This document shows positions 1 through 10,442 of a stretch of DNA of 64,000 bases, piece after piece (position 1 is the first letter of the stretch; each line of letters begins with the position of its first letter). The translations under genes and the position numbers were made by a program. A model generated the notes under the pieces. It had not been told where the DNA came from and searched no databases. It worked only from the letters and a program-made list of their open reading frames with translations. The stretch comes from Candidatus Eiseniibacteriota bacterium (GTDB lineage Bacteria > Eisenbacteria > RBG-16-71-46), in NCBI GenBank assembly GCA_044222065.1, contig JBGAOA010000003.1, positions 32,001 through 96,000 on the forward strand, written 5' to 3'.

Positions 1-1179
1 GCGCGCGCGGCCGACGCGTACGTCGTCCGGCGCGGCGAGGGCCGCACGATCGTCGCGGGCTACCCGTGGTTCACCGACTGGGGGCGCGACACGTTCATCG
101 CCCTGCGCGGGCTGTGCCTCGCGACCGGGCGGCTCGCGGACGCGGGCGCGATCCTCGGCGAGTGGGCCGGGACCGTGAGCGAGGGCATGCTGCCCAACCT
201 GTTCGTCGACGGCGCCGCGCCGCCCGAATACAACAGCGTGGACGCGTCGCTCTGGTACGTGATCGCCGTGCACGACTACCTGGCCGCGTGCGCGGCCGCC
301 GGCGTGAAGGTGACGGCGCGCGCGCGCGCGCGGCTCGAGACCGCCGTCGGCCGCATCGTCGCGGGCTACGCCGCCGGCACGCGCTTCGGCATCCGCGCGG
401 ACGCGGACGGCCTGCTCGCGTGCGGCACTCCAGGCGTGCAGCTCACGTGGATGGATGCGAAGGTCGGCGACTGGGTCGTCACGCCGCGCACGGGCAAGCC
501 CGTCGAAGTGCAGGCGCTGTGGATCAACGCGCTGCGCATCGCGTCGGCGTTCGCGCCCGAATGGCGCGAGACCGAGGCGCGCGCGCGCGCCGCGTTCCTC
601 GAGCGCTTCTGGAACGACGCGGACGGCACGCTGCACGACGTCGTGGACGTGGACCACGTGCCCGGCGCCGTGGACCGCACGTTCCGGCCGAACCAGGTCT
701 TCGCGCTCGGCGGCCTGCCGTATCCGCTCGTCGAGGGCGCGCGCGCACACCGCGTGCTCACCGCTTTCGAAGCGCGGCTGCTCACGCCGCTCGGGCCGCG
801 TTCGCTCGCGCCCGGCGAGCCCGGGTACACCGGGCGCTACGAGGGCGGCGTGCTCGCGCGCGACGGTTCGTACCATCAGGGCACCGTGTGGCCGTGGCTC
901 GCCGGCGCCTTCGTCGAGGCGTGGCTGCGCGCGCGCGGCCACGACGCCGCGGCGCGCGAGGAAGCGGTCGCGCGCTTCGTCCGGCCGCTGCGCGCGCATC
1001 TCGCCGAGGCCGGACTCGGGCACGTGTCCGAGATCGCCGACGGCGCCCGGCCGCACACGCCGCGCGGCTGCCCGTTCCAGGCGTGGTCGGTCGGCGAGCT
1101 GCTGCGCATCGAACGCCTCATCGCTCCGGCCGCGCGGAAGCCGGCCGCGCGTACCGCCACGATCGCCGTCCGGCGCTGA
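1..1179 (+). CDS. Amylo-alpha-1,6-glucosidase / glycogen debranching enzyme (GDE_C), 5' truncated by the window edge
   Basis: Frame 1 is open from base 1. Motifs AGYPWFTDWGRDT, YNSVDASLW, QLTWMDAKV, RPNQ, SYHQGTVWPW and GCPFQAWS. Confidence 0.92.
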   Translation, partial: ARAADAYVVRRGEGRTIVAGYPWFTDWGRDTFIALRGLCLATGRLADAGAILGEWAGTVSEGMLPNLFVDGAAPPEYNSVDASLWYVIAVHDYLAACAAAGVKVTARARARLETAVGRIVAGYAAGTRFGIRADADGLLACGTPGVQLTWMDAKVGDWVVTPRTGKPVEVQALWINALRIASAFAPEWRETEARARAAFLERFWNDADGTLHDVVDVDHVPGAVDRTFRPNQVFALGGLPYPLVEGARAHRVLTAFEARLLTPLGPRSLAPGEPGYTGRYEGGVLARDGSYHQGTVWPWLAGAFVEAWLRARGHDAAAREEAVARFVRPLRAHLAEAGLGHVSEIADGARPHTPRGCPFQAWSVGELLRIERLIAPAARKPAARTATIAVRR

Positions 1180-1211
1180 TCCGCGGCGCGGCGGGCCGCG
1201 GCGCGACGAAC

Positions 1212-1240
1212 CGGGAACCCGCCGAGCCGGTCGGGCGTTC
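1212..1240 (+). promoter_or_regulatory. ECF sigma-type promoter, copy 1 (CGGGAACC-N16-CGTTC)
   Basis: GGAAC 1214-1218 and CGTT 1236-1239. Same motif and spacing at 2745 and 4560. The ATG follows 7 nt after the motif with no SD sequence. Confidence 0.7.
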
Positions 1241-1247
1241 ACGCGGC

Positions 1248-2066
1248 ATGAGATTCCGACTCCGCGAAGCGGTGATCGACGGCCTGTTGCTCGGCCTGTT
1301 CATGCTGTCGGCGTGCGCGTTCACGACGCTGCTCGAGCATCCGTCCTCGCCCGCGCACGCCGCACTGCCCGACCCGAACGTGCGCCGCGCGTTCATCGGA
1401 CTCGCGATGGGAGCGACGGCGATCGCGCTCGTGCACTCGCCGTGGGGGAGGCGCTCCGGCGCGCACCTGAACCCGGGCGTCACGCTCGCGTTCCTGCGGC
1501 TCGGCCGCGTCGCGCCCGCCGACGCCGCCGGCTACGTCGCCGCGCAGTTCGCGGGCGGCGCGCTCGGCGTGCTCCTCTCGCGGCTCGTGCTCGGCGGCGC
1601 GCTCGCCGAGCCGCACGTGAACTACGCCGCGACCGTGCCCGGACCGGCGGGCGCCGCGGTCGCGTTCGCGGCCGAGTTCGCGATGACGTTCGGACTGCTC
1701 ACGCTCGTGCTGAACGCGAACGCGTCGCCGCGGGCCGCGCGCTGGACGGGCGTGCTCGCCGGCGCGACGGTCGCGCTCTACATCGCGCTGTTCGCGCCGC
1801 TCTCGGGCATGAGCCTCAATCCCGCGCGCACGTTCGCCTCGGCTTCGGTCGGCGGCGTGTGGACGGGGTTCTGGCTCTACTGCGTCGCGCCGCCGCTCGG
1901 CATGCAGGCCGCGGCCGAACTGTACCTTCGGACGAGCGCGCGCCCGCGCCGCGGCTGCGCGAAGCTCCACCACGACGCCGGTCCGTGCCACTTCTGCGAC
2001 TGGCAGCACCGCGGCGACGCGGCCGCGCCGGCCGCCGCGCCGCGGCCCGCGGCGGAACGGACCTGA
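1248..2066 (+). CDS. Aquaporin / MIP family channel with Cys/His-rich C-terminal tail
   Basis: SGAHLNPGVT and GMSLNPART loops, about six hydrophobic segments, tail GCAKLHHDAGPCHFC. Confidence 0.9.
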   Translation: MRFRLREAVIDGLLLGLFMLSACAFTTLLEHPSSPAHAALPDPNVRRAFIGLAMGATAIALVHSPWGRRSGAHLNPGVTLAFLRLGRVAPADAAGYVAAQFAGGALGVLLSRLVLGGALAEPHVNYAATVPGPAGAAVAFAAEFAMTFGLLTLVLNANASPRAARWTGVLAGATVALYIALFAPLSGMSLNPARTFASASVGGVWTGFWLYCVAPPLGMQAAAELYLRTSARPRRGCAKLHHDAGPCHFCDWQHRGDAAAPAAAPRPAAERT

Positions 2067-2743
2067 ACCCCGCATCCGACTTCACGCGCGCCCCGGCGTG
2101 GCGCGCCGCGTGCGACGGCATCGCCACGCGGCTCGTCGCGCTCGCGCGATCGCGCCCCTCCGGGCCCGCGCCGCTCGCGGGCGTGAGCGGCATCGACGGC
2201 GGCGGCAAGACGGCGTTCGCGCGCGACCTCGCGACCGAGTTGCGCGCGCGCGGGGCGGCCGTCGCCGAACTCGCGCTCGATCCCTGGCACGAGCCGGCCG
2301 AGGTTCGCTTCTCGGCGACCGCGCCCGCGCGCACGTTCTACGACCGCGCGTTCCGGTGGGAGGCGCTGTTCGCGGAACTCGTGGACCCGCTTCGCCGCGA
2401 CCGTCGCTTCGACGGTGCGTTCGATCTCGCGCGCGGCTGCGGCCCCGAGCGTGAGCGGCGGCGCTACCGGTTCGAGCGCGTCGACCTCGTTCTGCTCGAG
2501 GGCGTCTTCCTGTTCCGACGCGAGCGGCGCTCCCGGTTCGACTTCGCGCTCTGGATCGACTGCCCGTTCGACGTGGCGCTGGCGCGCGCGCTCGCACGCA
2601 ACCAGGAGGGCCTCCCGGAAGCCGAATTGCGCCGTGATTACGCCGCCGTCTACCACGCGGCCCAGCGAATCCACCTGGAGCGCGACGAGCCCGCCCGCGC
2701 CGCCGACGCCGTGTTCGTGAACGGCGCGCCCGGCCCGCGCTAG
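2063..2743 (+). CDS. Uridine kinase-like P-loop NTPase (start uncertain; CTG overlapping the upstream TGA)
   Basis: Walker A GIDGGGKT, LVLLEGVFLF, and a C-terminal YHAAQRIH..D.P pattern typical of this family. Confidence 0.75.
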   Translation: MNPASDFTRAPAWRAACDGIATRLVALARSRPSGPAPLAGVSGIDGGGKTAFARDLATELRARGAAVAELALDPWHEPAEVRFSATAPARTFYDRAFRWEALFAELVDPLRRDRRFDGAFDLARGCGPERERRRYRFERVDLVLLEGVFLFRRERRSRFDFALWIDCPFDVALARALARNQEGLPEAELRRDYAAVYHAAQRIHLERDEPARAADAVFVNGAPGPR

Positions 2744-2744
2744 G

Positions 2745-2773
2745 CGGGAACCCGCGCCGCGCCGCGCGCATTC
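2745..2773 (+). promoter_or_regulatory. ECF sigma-type promoter, copy 2 (CGGGAACC-N16-CATTC)
   Basis: GGAAC 2747-2751 and CATT 2769-2772, in the intergenic gap upstream of the DM13 gene. Confidence 0.7.
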
Positions 2774-2829
2774 GATCCGGCGACGGCGCCACACAGGCAG
2801 CGCCCATTCGAAACGAAGGAGGCACACTC

Positions 2830-3705
2830 ATGCAGTCCAAGCGCATCGTCGTCGCTCTCGTGGCGCTCGTGGTCGGAGTCGCGGGCTGGTACGCGTTCCG
2901 CCCCGAGCGGTTGTGGATCGATCAGAAGGTCAGCGAGTCGCTGCCCGCCGCGGCGAACGCGGCCGCCGCGACGGAAGCGTCGCCTGCTCCGCTGCTCGCG
3001 GGCGCGTTCCACACGAACGCGCACGCGACGAAGGGCGAGGCCGCCGTGCTGCAGCTCGCCTCGGGCGAGCGCGTCCTGAGGCTCACCGGCTTCGAGACCT
3101 CGAACGGCCCCGACGTGCACGTGTACCTCGTCGCCGCGAACGACGTGACGGACGACGCCACGGTCGCGAAGGCCGGATACGTGGATCTCGGCAGCCTCAA
3201 GGGCAACGTCGGCGACCAGAACTACGCGATTCCGGACGGCGTGGATCTCGGCACGCACCGCACGGTGACGATCTGGTGCGCGCGGTTCCGCGTGAACTTC
3301 GGCAGCGCGCCGCTGTCGTCCGCGATGGCGGACGCCATGCCGTCGAGCGCCGCTCCGATGGCGGTCGCCGAGGGGGCGTTCCACACGAACGCGCACGAGA
3401 CGAAGGGCACGGCCGCGATCTACACGCTCGCATCGGGCGAGCGCGTGCTGCGGCTCTCGCAGTTCGAGACCTCGAACGGTCCCGACGTGCACGTCTACCT
3501 CGTCGCCGCGGGCGACGTTTCGGACGACGCGACCGTGAAGCGCGCCGGCTACGTGGACCTCGGCAGCCTCAAGGGCAACGTCGGCGACCAGAACTACGCG
3601 CTGCCCGCGGACGTCGATCTCGCCGCCTATCGCACCGTGACGATCTGGTGCGCGCGCTTCGGCGTGAACTTCGGCAGCGCCCCGCTCTCGTCCCGCCACT
3701 CGTGA
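2830..3705 (+). CDS. Membrane-anchored/exported protein with two tandem DM13 domains
   Basis: N-terminal hydrophobic helix. Two copies of FETSNGPDVHVYL...DLGSLKGNVGDQNY...VTIWCARF.VNFGSAPL. SD AAGGAGG. Confidence 0.9.
   Translation: MQSKRIVVALVALVVGVAGWYAFRPERLWIDQKVSESLPAAANAAAATEASPAPLLAGAFHTNAHATKGEAAVLQLASGERVLRLTGFETSNGPDVHVYLVAANDVTDDATVAKAGYVDLGSLKGNVGDQNYAIPDGVDLGTHRTVTIWCARFRVNFGSAPLSSAMADAMPSSAAPMAVAEGAFHTNAHETKGTAAIYTLASGERVLRLSQFETSNGPDVHVYLVAAGDVSDDATVKRAGYVDLGSLKGNVGDQNYALPADVDLAAYRTVTIWCARFGVNFGSAPLSSRHS
3001..3693 (+). repeat. Intragenic duplication of about 321 bp (3001-3321 and 3373-3693) encoding the two DM13 domains
   Basis: Near-identical nucleotide blocks offset by 372 nt. 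Confidence 0.9.
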
Positions 3706-3737
3706 ACCCCACTCATTCCCACGGAGGACATCCGATC

Positions 3738-4457
3738 ATGAAGCGCACGTTCGTCGCACTGTCGCTCGCCGCGGCCCTCGTTCCGGCCGCCGCCCTCGCG
3801 GATCACGCCTCGGCCCGCTTCACGGTGCGCGTCGAGAACGTCTCGACCGCCGCCTCGCTGCAGCTCTCGACCGGCGGCACGGCTCCGGCGCCGACGTCGC
3901 CGGTGCTGTGGCTCACCCACACCGGAGTCGCGCCGCTGTTCAAGCCCGGCACGGCCGACCGCGGCCAGGGCCTCGAAGCGCTCGCCGAGGACGGCAATCC
4001 CGGCCGGCTCGTCGAGTCGTGCAAGGGCGCGAAGGGCGTCTCGGGCGTCGGCGCGCAGGCGATCCCGGTCGGCGAGACGCAGGCCGGCCCCGCGCTGCCC
4101 GGCAAGGCGTTCGAGTTCTCGTTCACCGCGAAGCACGGCGAGCGGCTCACGCTCGCGATGATGTTCGGCCAGTCGAACGACTGGTTCTACGCGCCGGGCG
4201 AGAAGGGCATCGCGCTGTGGGACTCGAAGGGCATGCCGATCTCGGGCGACGTCACCTCGCAGCTGATGCTCTGGAACGCCGGCACCGAGGTGGACGAGGA
4301 GCCGGGCGTCGGGGCGAACCAGGGCCCGCGCCAGAAGGCCGCGAACACGGGTCCGGCCGAGAACGGCAAGGTCGGTCCGGCGAAGGGCTACGCGGTCCCG
4401 CCGGTGCAGCAGGTCATCAAGGTCACGATCACGCCGGACGCGATGGCGGTGAAGTAG
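3738..4457 (+). CDS. Secreted spondin (Spondin_N) domain protein
   Basis: Signal peptide MKRTFVALSLAAALVPAAALA. Motifs GLEALAEDGNP, MFGQSNDWFY and WNAGTEVDEEPG. SD GGAGG. Confidence 0.85.
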   Translation: MKRTFVALSLAAALVPAAALADHASARFTVRVENVSTAASLQLSTGGTAPAPTSPVLWLTHTGVAPLFKPGTADRGQGLEALAEDGNPGRLVESCKGAKGVSGVGAQAIPVGETQAGPALPGKAFEFSFTAKHGERLTLAMMFGQSNDWFYAPGEKGIALWDSKGMPISGDVTSQLMLWNAGTEVDEEPGVGANQGPRQKAANTGPAENGKVGPAKGYAVPPVQQVIKVTITPDAMAVK

Positions 4458-4515
4458 CCGCCGGACGCGCGCGGTCGGGGAGCCGCGCGCGAACGATCGG
4501 ACGTGACGACGCGAC

Positions 4516-4553
4516 GCGCCCTCCGGGGGAAGCCCGGGGGGCGTTCGTGTTCT
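4516..4553 (+). terminator. Probable intrinsic terminator after the spondin gene
   Basis: Stem GCGCCCTCCGGG / CCCGGGGGGCGT with G-U pairs and a weak T-rich tail. Confidence 0.55.
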
Positions 4554-4559
4554 CGAGCA

Positions 4560-4588
4560 CGGGAACCGGCGGCGGGGCGCGGGCATTC
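4560..4588 (+). promoter_or_regulatory. ECF sigma-type promoter, copy 3 (CGGGAACC-N16-CATTC)
   Basis: GGAAC 4562-4566 and CATT 4584-4587, immediately after the terminator and upstream of the GMC gene. Confidence 0.7.
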
Positions 4589-4636
4589 CTTCGACGCACA
4601 CGCGTTTCGGACGGCGCAGCACGGAGGAGGCGAACC

Positions 4637-6237
4637 ATGTCGGACCGGCACTACGACGTGATCATCATCGGCAGCGGCGCGGGCGGCGGCACGCTCGCCC
4701 ACGCGCTCGCGCCGACGGGCAAGAAGATCCTGATCCTCGAGCGCGGCGAGTACGCGCGGCGCGAGCCCGAGAACTGGAGCACGAAGGCCGTCGTGCTCGA
4801 GGGCCGCTACAACAACGCCGAGTCGTGGCGCGACTCGAAGGGGCGGGAGTTCCAGGCCGGCCAGCACTACTTCGTCGGCGGCAACACGAAGTTCTACGGC
4901 GCCGCGCTGCTGCGCATGCGCGAGCGCGACTTCGGCGAGGTGAAGCACGTCGGCGGGATCTCGCCCGCGTGGCCGATCGCCTACGCCGACCTCGAGCCGT
5001 TCTACACGAAGGCCGAGCACCTGTACTCCGTGCACGGCACGCGCGGCGAGGATCCGACCGAGCCGTGGGCGAGCGCGCCGTACCGCTACCCGGCCGTCTC
5101 GCACGAGCCGCGCATCCAGCGGCTCAACGACCAGGTCGCCGCCCTCGGCTACCGGCCGTTCCACGTTCCGGTCGGCATCCGCCTCGACGAGTCCGACGCG
5201 AGGAAGAGCGCGTGCATCCGCTGCGCGACGTGCGACGGACATCCGTGCCTCGTGAACGCGAAGGCCGACGCGCAGACGACGTGCGTGGATCCGGCGCTCA
5301 AGCATCCGAACGTCTCGCTGCTCACCGGCGCGTTCGTGGCCCGGCTCGAGACGTCGGCGAGCGGGCGCCAGGTGACGGGCGTCGTCGTCGAGAAGGACGG
5401 CGCGCGCGCGACCTACACGGCCGACGTCGTCGTGAGCAGCGCGGGCGCGATCAACTCCGCGGCGCTGCTGCTGCGCTCGGCGAACGACCGTCACCCGAAC
5501 GGGCTCGCGAACGGCTCGGACCAGGTGGGCCGGAACTACATGTGCCATCTGAACAGCGTGATGATGGCGATCTCGAAGTGCCCGAATCCGACCGTGTTCC
5601 AGAAGACCTGGGCGATGAACGATTTCTACTGGGGCACCGAGGGGTTCGAGCATCCGATGGGCCACATTTCGTTCGTCGGCAAGCTCGACGAGCACACGCT
5701 GCGCGCGGGCGCGCCGAAGTTCGTCCCCGGCTGGACGCTCGACCAGATGGCGAAGCACTCGCTCGACTTCTGGCTCACGAGCGAGGACCTGCCGAGCGGC
5801 GCGAACCGCGTGACGGTCGGCCGCGACGGCAGGATCGAGCTCGACTACACGCCGAACAACGAGGCCGCGCACGAGCGCCTGATCCACGCGCTCCGGGCCA
5901 CGCTCAAGCGCGTGCCGTGCGACGCGCACGGGAGCGAGTGTCACGAGGCGCTCGTCCCGATGCAGGCGTACATCGGCAAGCGCATCCCGCTCGCCGGCGT
6001 CGCGCACCAGAACGGCACCGTGCGCTTCGGCGCGGACCCGCGCACCTCGGTGCTCGACCTGAACTGCAAGGCGCACGAGCTGGACAACCTGTACGTCGTG
6101 GACGGCGGGTTCTTCCCCTCGAGCAGCGCCGTGAACCCCGCGCTCACGATCATGGCGAATGCGCTGCGTGTCGCGGAACACCTGAAGGACCGGCTCGGAG
6201 CGCGCGCGACGGAGTTCGCGGGCGCGGGAGGCGCGCG

Positions 6238-6241
<4 letters not shown>
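4637..6241 (+). CDS. GMC family FAD oxidoreductase with Cys-cluster (Fe-S) motif
   Basis: [44 protein letters not shown] and [22 protein letters not shown]. Confidence 0.92.
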
Positions 6242-7322
<1,081 letters not shown>

Positions 7323-7326
<4 letters not shown>

Positions 7327-8492
7327 CGGCTTCGACGACGATGGAGCGCGCGGCGGGCGCGAGGACGGACGCCGCGAAGACGATGAACGCGATCGCCGTG
7401 CTTCCGGGCACGCCCGGCTCGATGCACCTGCGCCGCGTCCCGGTGCCCGCGCTCGAGTCGGTCCCGGGCGGACGAGGCGTGCTCGTGAAGGTCCTGCGCG
7501 TGGGCGTGGACGGCACCGACAAGGAGATCAACGCGGCCGAGTACGGGGCCGCGCCTCCCGGGGACGACTACCTGATCACGGGGCACGAGGGCTTCGGCCG
7601 CGTCGAGGCCGTGGGTCCGAACGTCACCGAACTCGCGCCCGGCGACTACGTCGTCGCGACCGTGCGCCGTCCGGGACACTCGATCTACGACGTGATCGGG
7701 ACGAACGACATGACGACCGACGACACGTACTACGAGCGCGGCATCAACCTGCGCCACGGCTTCCTTGCCGAGTGGTACGTGGAGGACGCCGAATTCGTCG
7801 TGAAAGTGCCCGTGGGGCTCCGGCAGGTCGGCGTGCTGCTCGAGCCGACGACCGTCGTCGAGAAGGGCATCGCGCAGGCGTTCGAGATCCAGCGGCGGCT
7901 GCGCGTGTGGCGGCCCCGGCGCGCGGCCGTGCTCGGCGCGGGCACGATCGGACTGCTCGCGGCGATGGCGCTGAGGCTGCGCGGCCTCGACGTCACCGTG
8001 CTCGGGCGCACGCCCCGGCCGTACCTCAACTCCGACCTCGTCGAAGCGCTCGGCGCCCGCTACCTCACGACGACCGACACGCCGCTGCTCGAGGCGGCGG
8101 GCCGTCACGGCCCGTTCGACCTGATCTTCGAGGCGACGGGATTCGCGCCGATCGTGTTCGAGGCGATGCGCGCGCTCGGCAAGAACGGCGTGCTCGTGCT
8201 GTCGAGCGTCACCGGGGGCGACCACACGGTGGAAGTGCCGGCGGACCGCATCAACCTCGAGTTCGTGCTCGGCAACAAGGTGATGGTCGGCACCGTGAAC
8301 GCGAACCGCGAGTACTTCGAGGCCGGCGTGAAGGACCTCGCGCAGTGCGAGGCGCAGTACCCGGGCTGGCTCGGCCGGCTGCTCACGCACCCCGTGCGCG
8401 GGCTCGAGAACTGGAGGGCGCTGCTCCAGGCCCTTACGAACGGCGAGGGCGTGATCAAGGCCTACTGCGAAGTCGCCCCGCTCGAGGACTGA
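7323..8492 (+). CDS. Zn-dependent glucose 1-dehydrogenase-like MDR enzyme (archaeal type)
   Basis: VGVDGTD, GHE, TVRRP, YYERGI, LLEP, GAGTIG and [15 protein letters not shown]. Confidence 0.85.
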
Positions 8493-8534
8493 CCCGCCGT
8501 TGCGCGGACCGCCGCGCGCCGCGAGACTGCCGGC

Positions 8535-8903
8535 GTGGACACGATCGTCGTGACGAAGGAGCTGTACGCGAGCCGCCTGCGCGCGCTGCTCGGGCCGGGC
8601 TCGGCCGGAGGCCTGCCGCGCCGCCGGCGCGACCGCCTCATCCTGCTGCACGCCGTGTCGCGTCGGTTCGCGGCGTCGGACCGCCTGCGCGAGCGCGAGG
8701 CGACCGGCCGCATCGAGGACTTCCTGCTCGGGCCCGGCCGTCACCTCGGCGTGGACGCCGTGACGTTGCGGCGCGCGCTCGTCGACGAGGGCTTCGTGGA
8801 CCGCACGGACCGCGGCGAGGACTACCGCGCCTCGGACCGCCACGAGCGCCTCGTGCGCTTCGAGGGCGAGATGCCCGACGTCGAAGCGGTTCTCGGCGGC
8901 TGA
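8535..8903 (+). CDS. DUF2087-like small protein
   Basis: LPRRRRDRLILL...REREA...DAVTLRRALVDEGFVDR...Y pattern. Confidence 0.7.
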   Translation: MDTIVVTKELYASRLRALLGPGSAGGLPRRRRDRLILLHAVSRRFAASDRLREREATGRIEDFLLGPGRHLGVDAVTLRRALVDEGFVDRTDRGEDYRASDRHERLVRFEGEMPDVEAVLGG

Positions 8904-9021
8904 GTCGCGGACGCGCGCCTCGTCAACGGCGCGGAAGCGCGAAGGCGGGCGATGAGCGGACCGGAGCTGTGCCGCACACACACCCCGGGAGCATCACCGA
9001 CCCGCCATTCGCAACCCGTGT

Positions 9022-10152
9022 TCAGCGCGATGCGAGCCGGATGCTCCCCGAGCCCGTGTCCACGACGACGAGGCCGCGGCCGTCGCCGACGCGTCCGCGC
9101 AGCCAGTCGTGCTGGCGGCGCACTTCCGAGAGCGGCAGGTCGGAGTCGATGCCGCCGCTGCCGGTGGACAGGTTGAGCATCGCGCCGAAGCCGTCGGGGA
9201 CGCGGAACGTCACGCTGCCCGAGCCGGTGTCGATCTTGACCTGGTCGGCGTCGGCGACGAGTTCGAGTTCCACCGAGCCGCTGCCCGTGTCGAGCAGGAT
9301 GTCCACCGCGTCCACGGCGGAGAGTTCGATGCCGCCCGAGCCCGTGTCCACGTGCAGCGAGGCGGCGCTCACGCCCCGGCCCGACACTTCGCCCGAGCCG
9401 GTGTCCACGAGCAGGTTCTTGCCGCGCACGTCCGCGAGCCGGACTTCGCCCGAGCCCGTGTCCACGTTGAGGTCGCCGCGCATGCCGTCCACCGCCACCT
9501 CGCCCGAGCCGGTGTCCACGAGCAGGTTGCCGCGCGCGCCGTCCACCTTGACGCTCGCCGAGGCGCCGTCGAGCCGCACGTCGCCCTCGACGTTCTCGGC
9601 GGTGATCGTTCCGACGCCGAGGTAGATCGCGGCCTTCTGGCCCTTTGGCACCTCGATGCGCAGGTCGGCCCACGCTTCGAGTCCCGAACCCCGGCCGGTG
9701 ATCGTCACCGTGCGCGGGTCGAACAGGCCGTGGGACTTTCCGCCCCACGTGCCGTCCTCGCGCACGCGCATCTGCGTGCGGGAGCCCCAGCCCATGCGCG
9801 AACCCGGATAGACGACGCGGTCCGAGGGCGAGATCACGCGCAGCGTCGCGCGGCCGCCGATCGGACCGGTCTCGAGGCGCAGGCGGTTCGCGTCCCGGCC
9901 GCCGCGCGTCACTTCGACGACCACGTCGGGACCGCTGCCGCCCACGACCGAGACCGTGCCCGCGACGTCGAACACCGCCACGTCCGCCCCCTTCACGACG
10001 ACGCGCTCCGAGGCGGAGGCGCTCAACGCGACGAGTGCGTTCGCGGCGAGCGCGAGCAGCACGATGGCGACGACGAACAGGATCGCCAGGAGTCCGCCCT
10101 GGGCGCGATCGCGATCGTGCGCGGGGTCGGACGTCGGAAGGGTCTTCGGCAT
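9022..10152 (-). CDS. DUF4097 beta-strand repeat (adhesin-like) exported protein
   Basis: N-terminal TM/signal helix and eight (D/S)TGSG repeats, most spaced 18-20 aa. GGAG SD before MPKTL. Confidence 0.85.
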   Translation of the reverse strand: MPKTLPTSDPAHDRDRAQGGLLAILFVVAIVLLALAANALVALSASASERVVVKGADVAVFDVAGTVSVVGGSGPDVVVEVTRGGRDANRLRLETGPIGGRATLRVISPSDRVVYPGSRMGWGSRTQMRVREDGTWGGKSHGLFDPRTVTITGRGSGLEAWADLRIEVPKGQKAAIYLGVGTITAENVEGDVRLDGASASVKVDGARGNLLVDTGSGEVAVDGMRGDLNVDTGSGEVRLADVRGKNLLVDTGSGEVSGRGVSAASLHVDTGSGGIELSAVDAVDILLDTGSGSVELELVADADQVKIDTGSGSVTFRVPDGFGAMLNLSTGSGGIDSDLPLSEVRRQHDWLRGRVGDGRGLVVVDTGSGSIRLASR

Positions 10153-10233
10153 GACGGGAGTCTCCGGAAGGAAGGGCGGCACTGGATGGCGACAGCTACG
10201 CCTCGGCGCGCGCCCGGGTTTCACGCACGCTGT

Positions 10234-10259
10234 GACACGCCGAGTCGCGCGAAAGGTTG
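10234..10259 (-). promoter_or_regulatory. Candidate ECF promoter CAACC-N17-TGTC for the leftward DUF4097 gene
   Basis: Mirrors the motif upstream of the divergent ECF sigma gene. Confidence 0.45.
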
Positions 10260-10405
10260 GCAGCGCTCGTTCCTCGGCCGCCGCCGCGCGCGCGGTTCCC
10301 TCGGCGGCGCGCACGCCGGCTGCGCGGATCCCGCGGCCCCGGCGGCCTCAGCGTCCCGCGTCCGGCGGACGAAGGTGGCTCCGCGCCTCCGCCTGATGCA
10401 CCTTT

Positions 10406-10432
10406 CAACCCTGCGCCGGCTCCGCCTGTCTG
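10406..10432 (+). promoter_or_regulatory. Candidate autoregulatory ECF promoter CAACC-N16-TGTCTG
   Basis: AAC...GTC ECF-like geometry directly upstream of the ECF sigma start. Confidence 0.5.
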
Positions 10433-10442
10433 ATCGGGAGCC

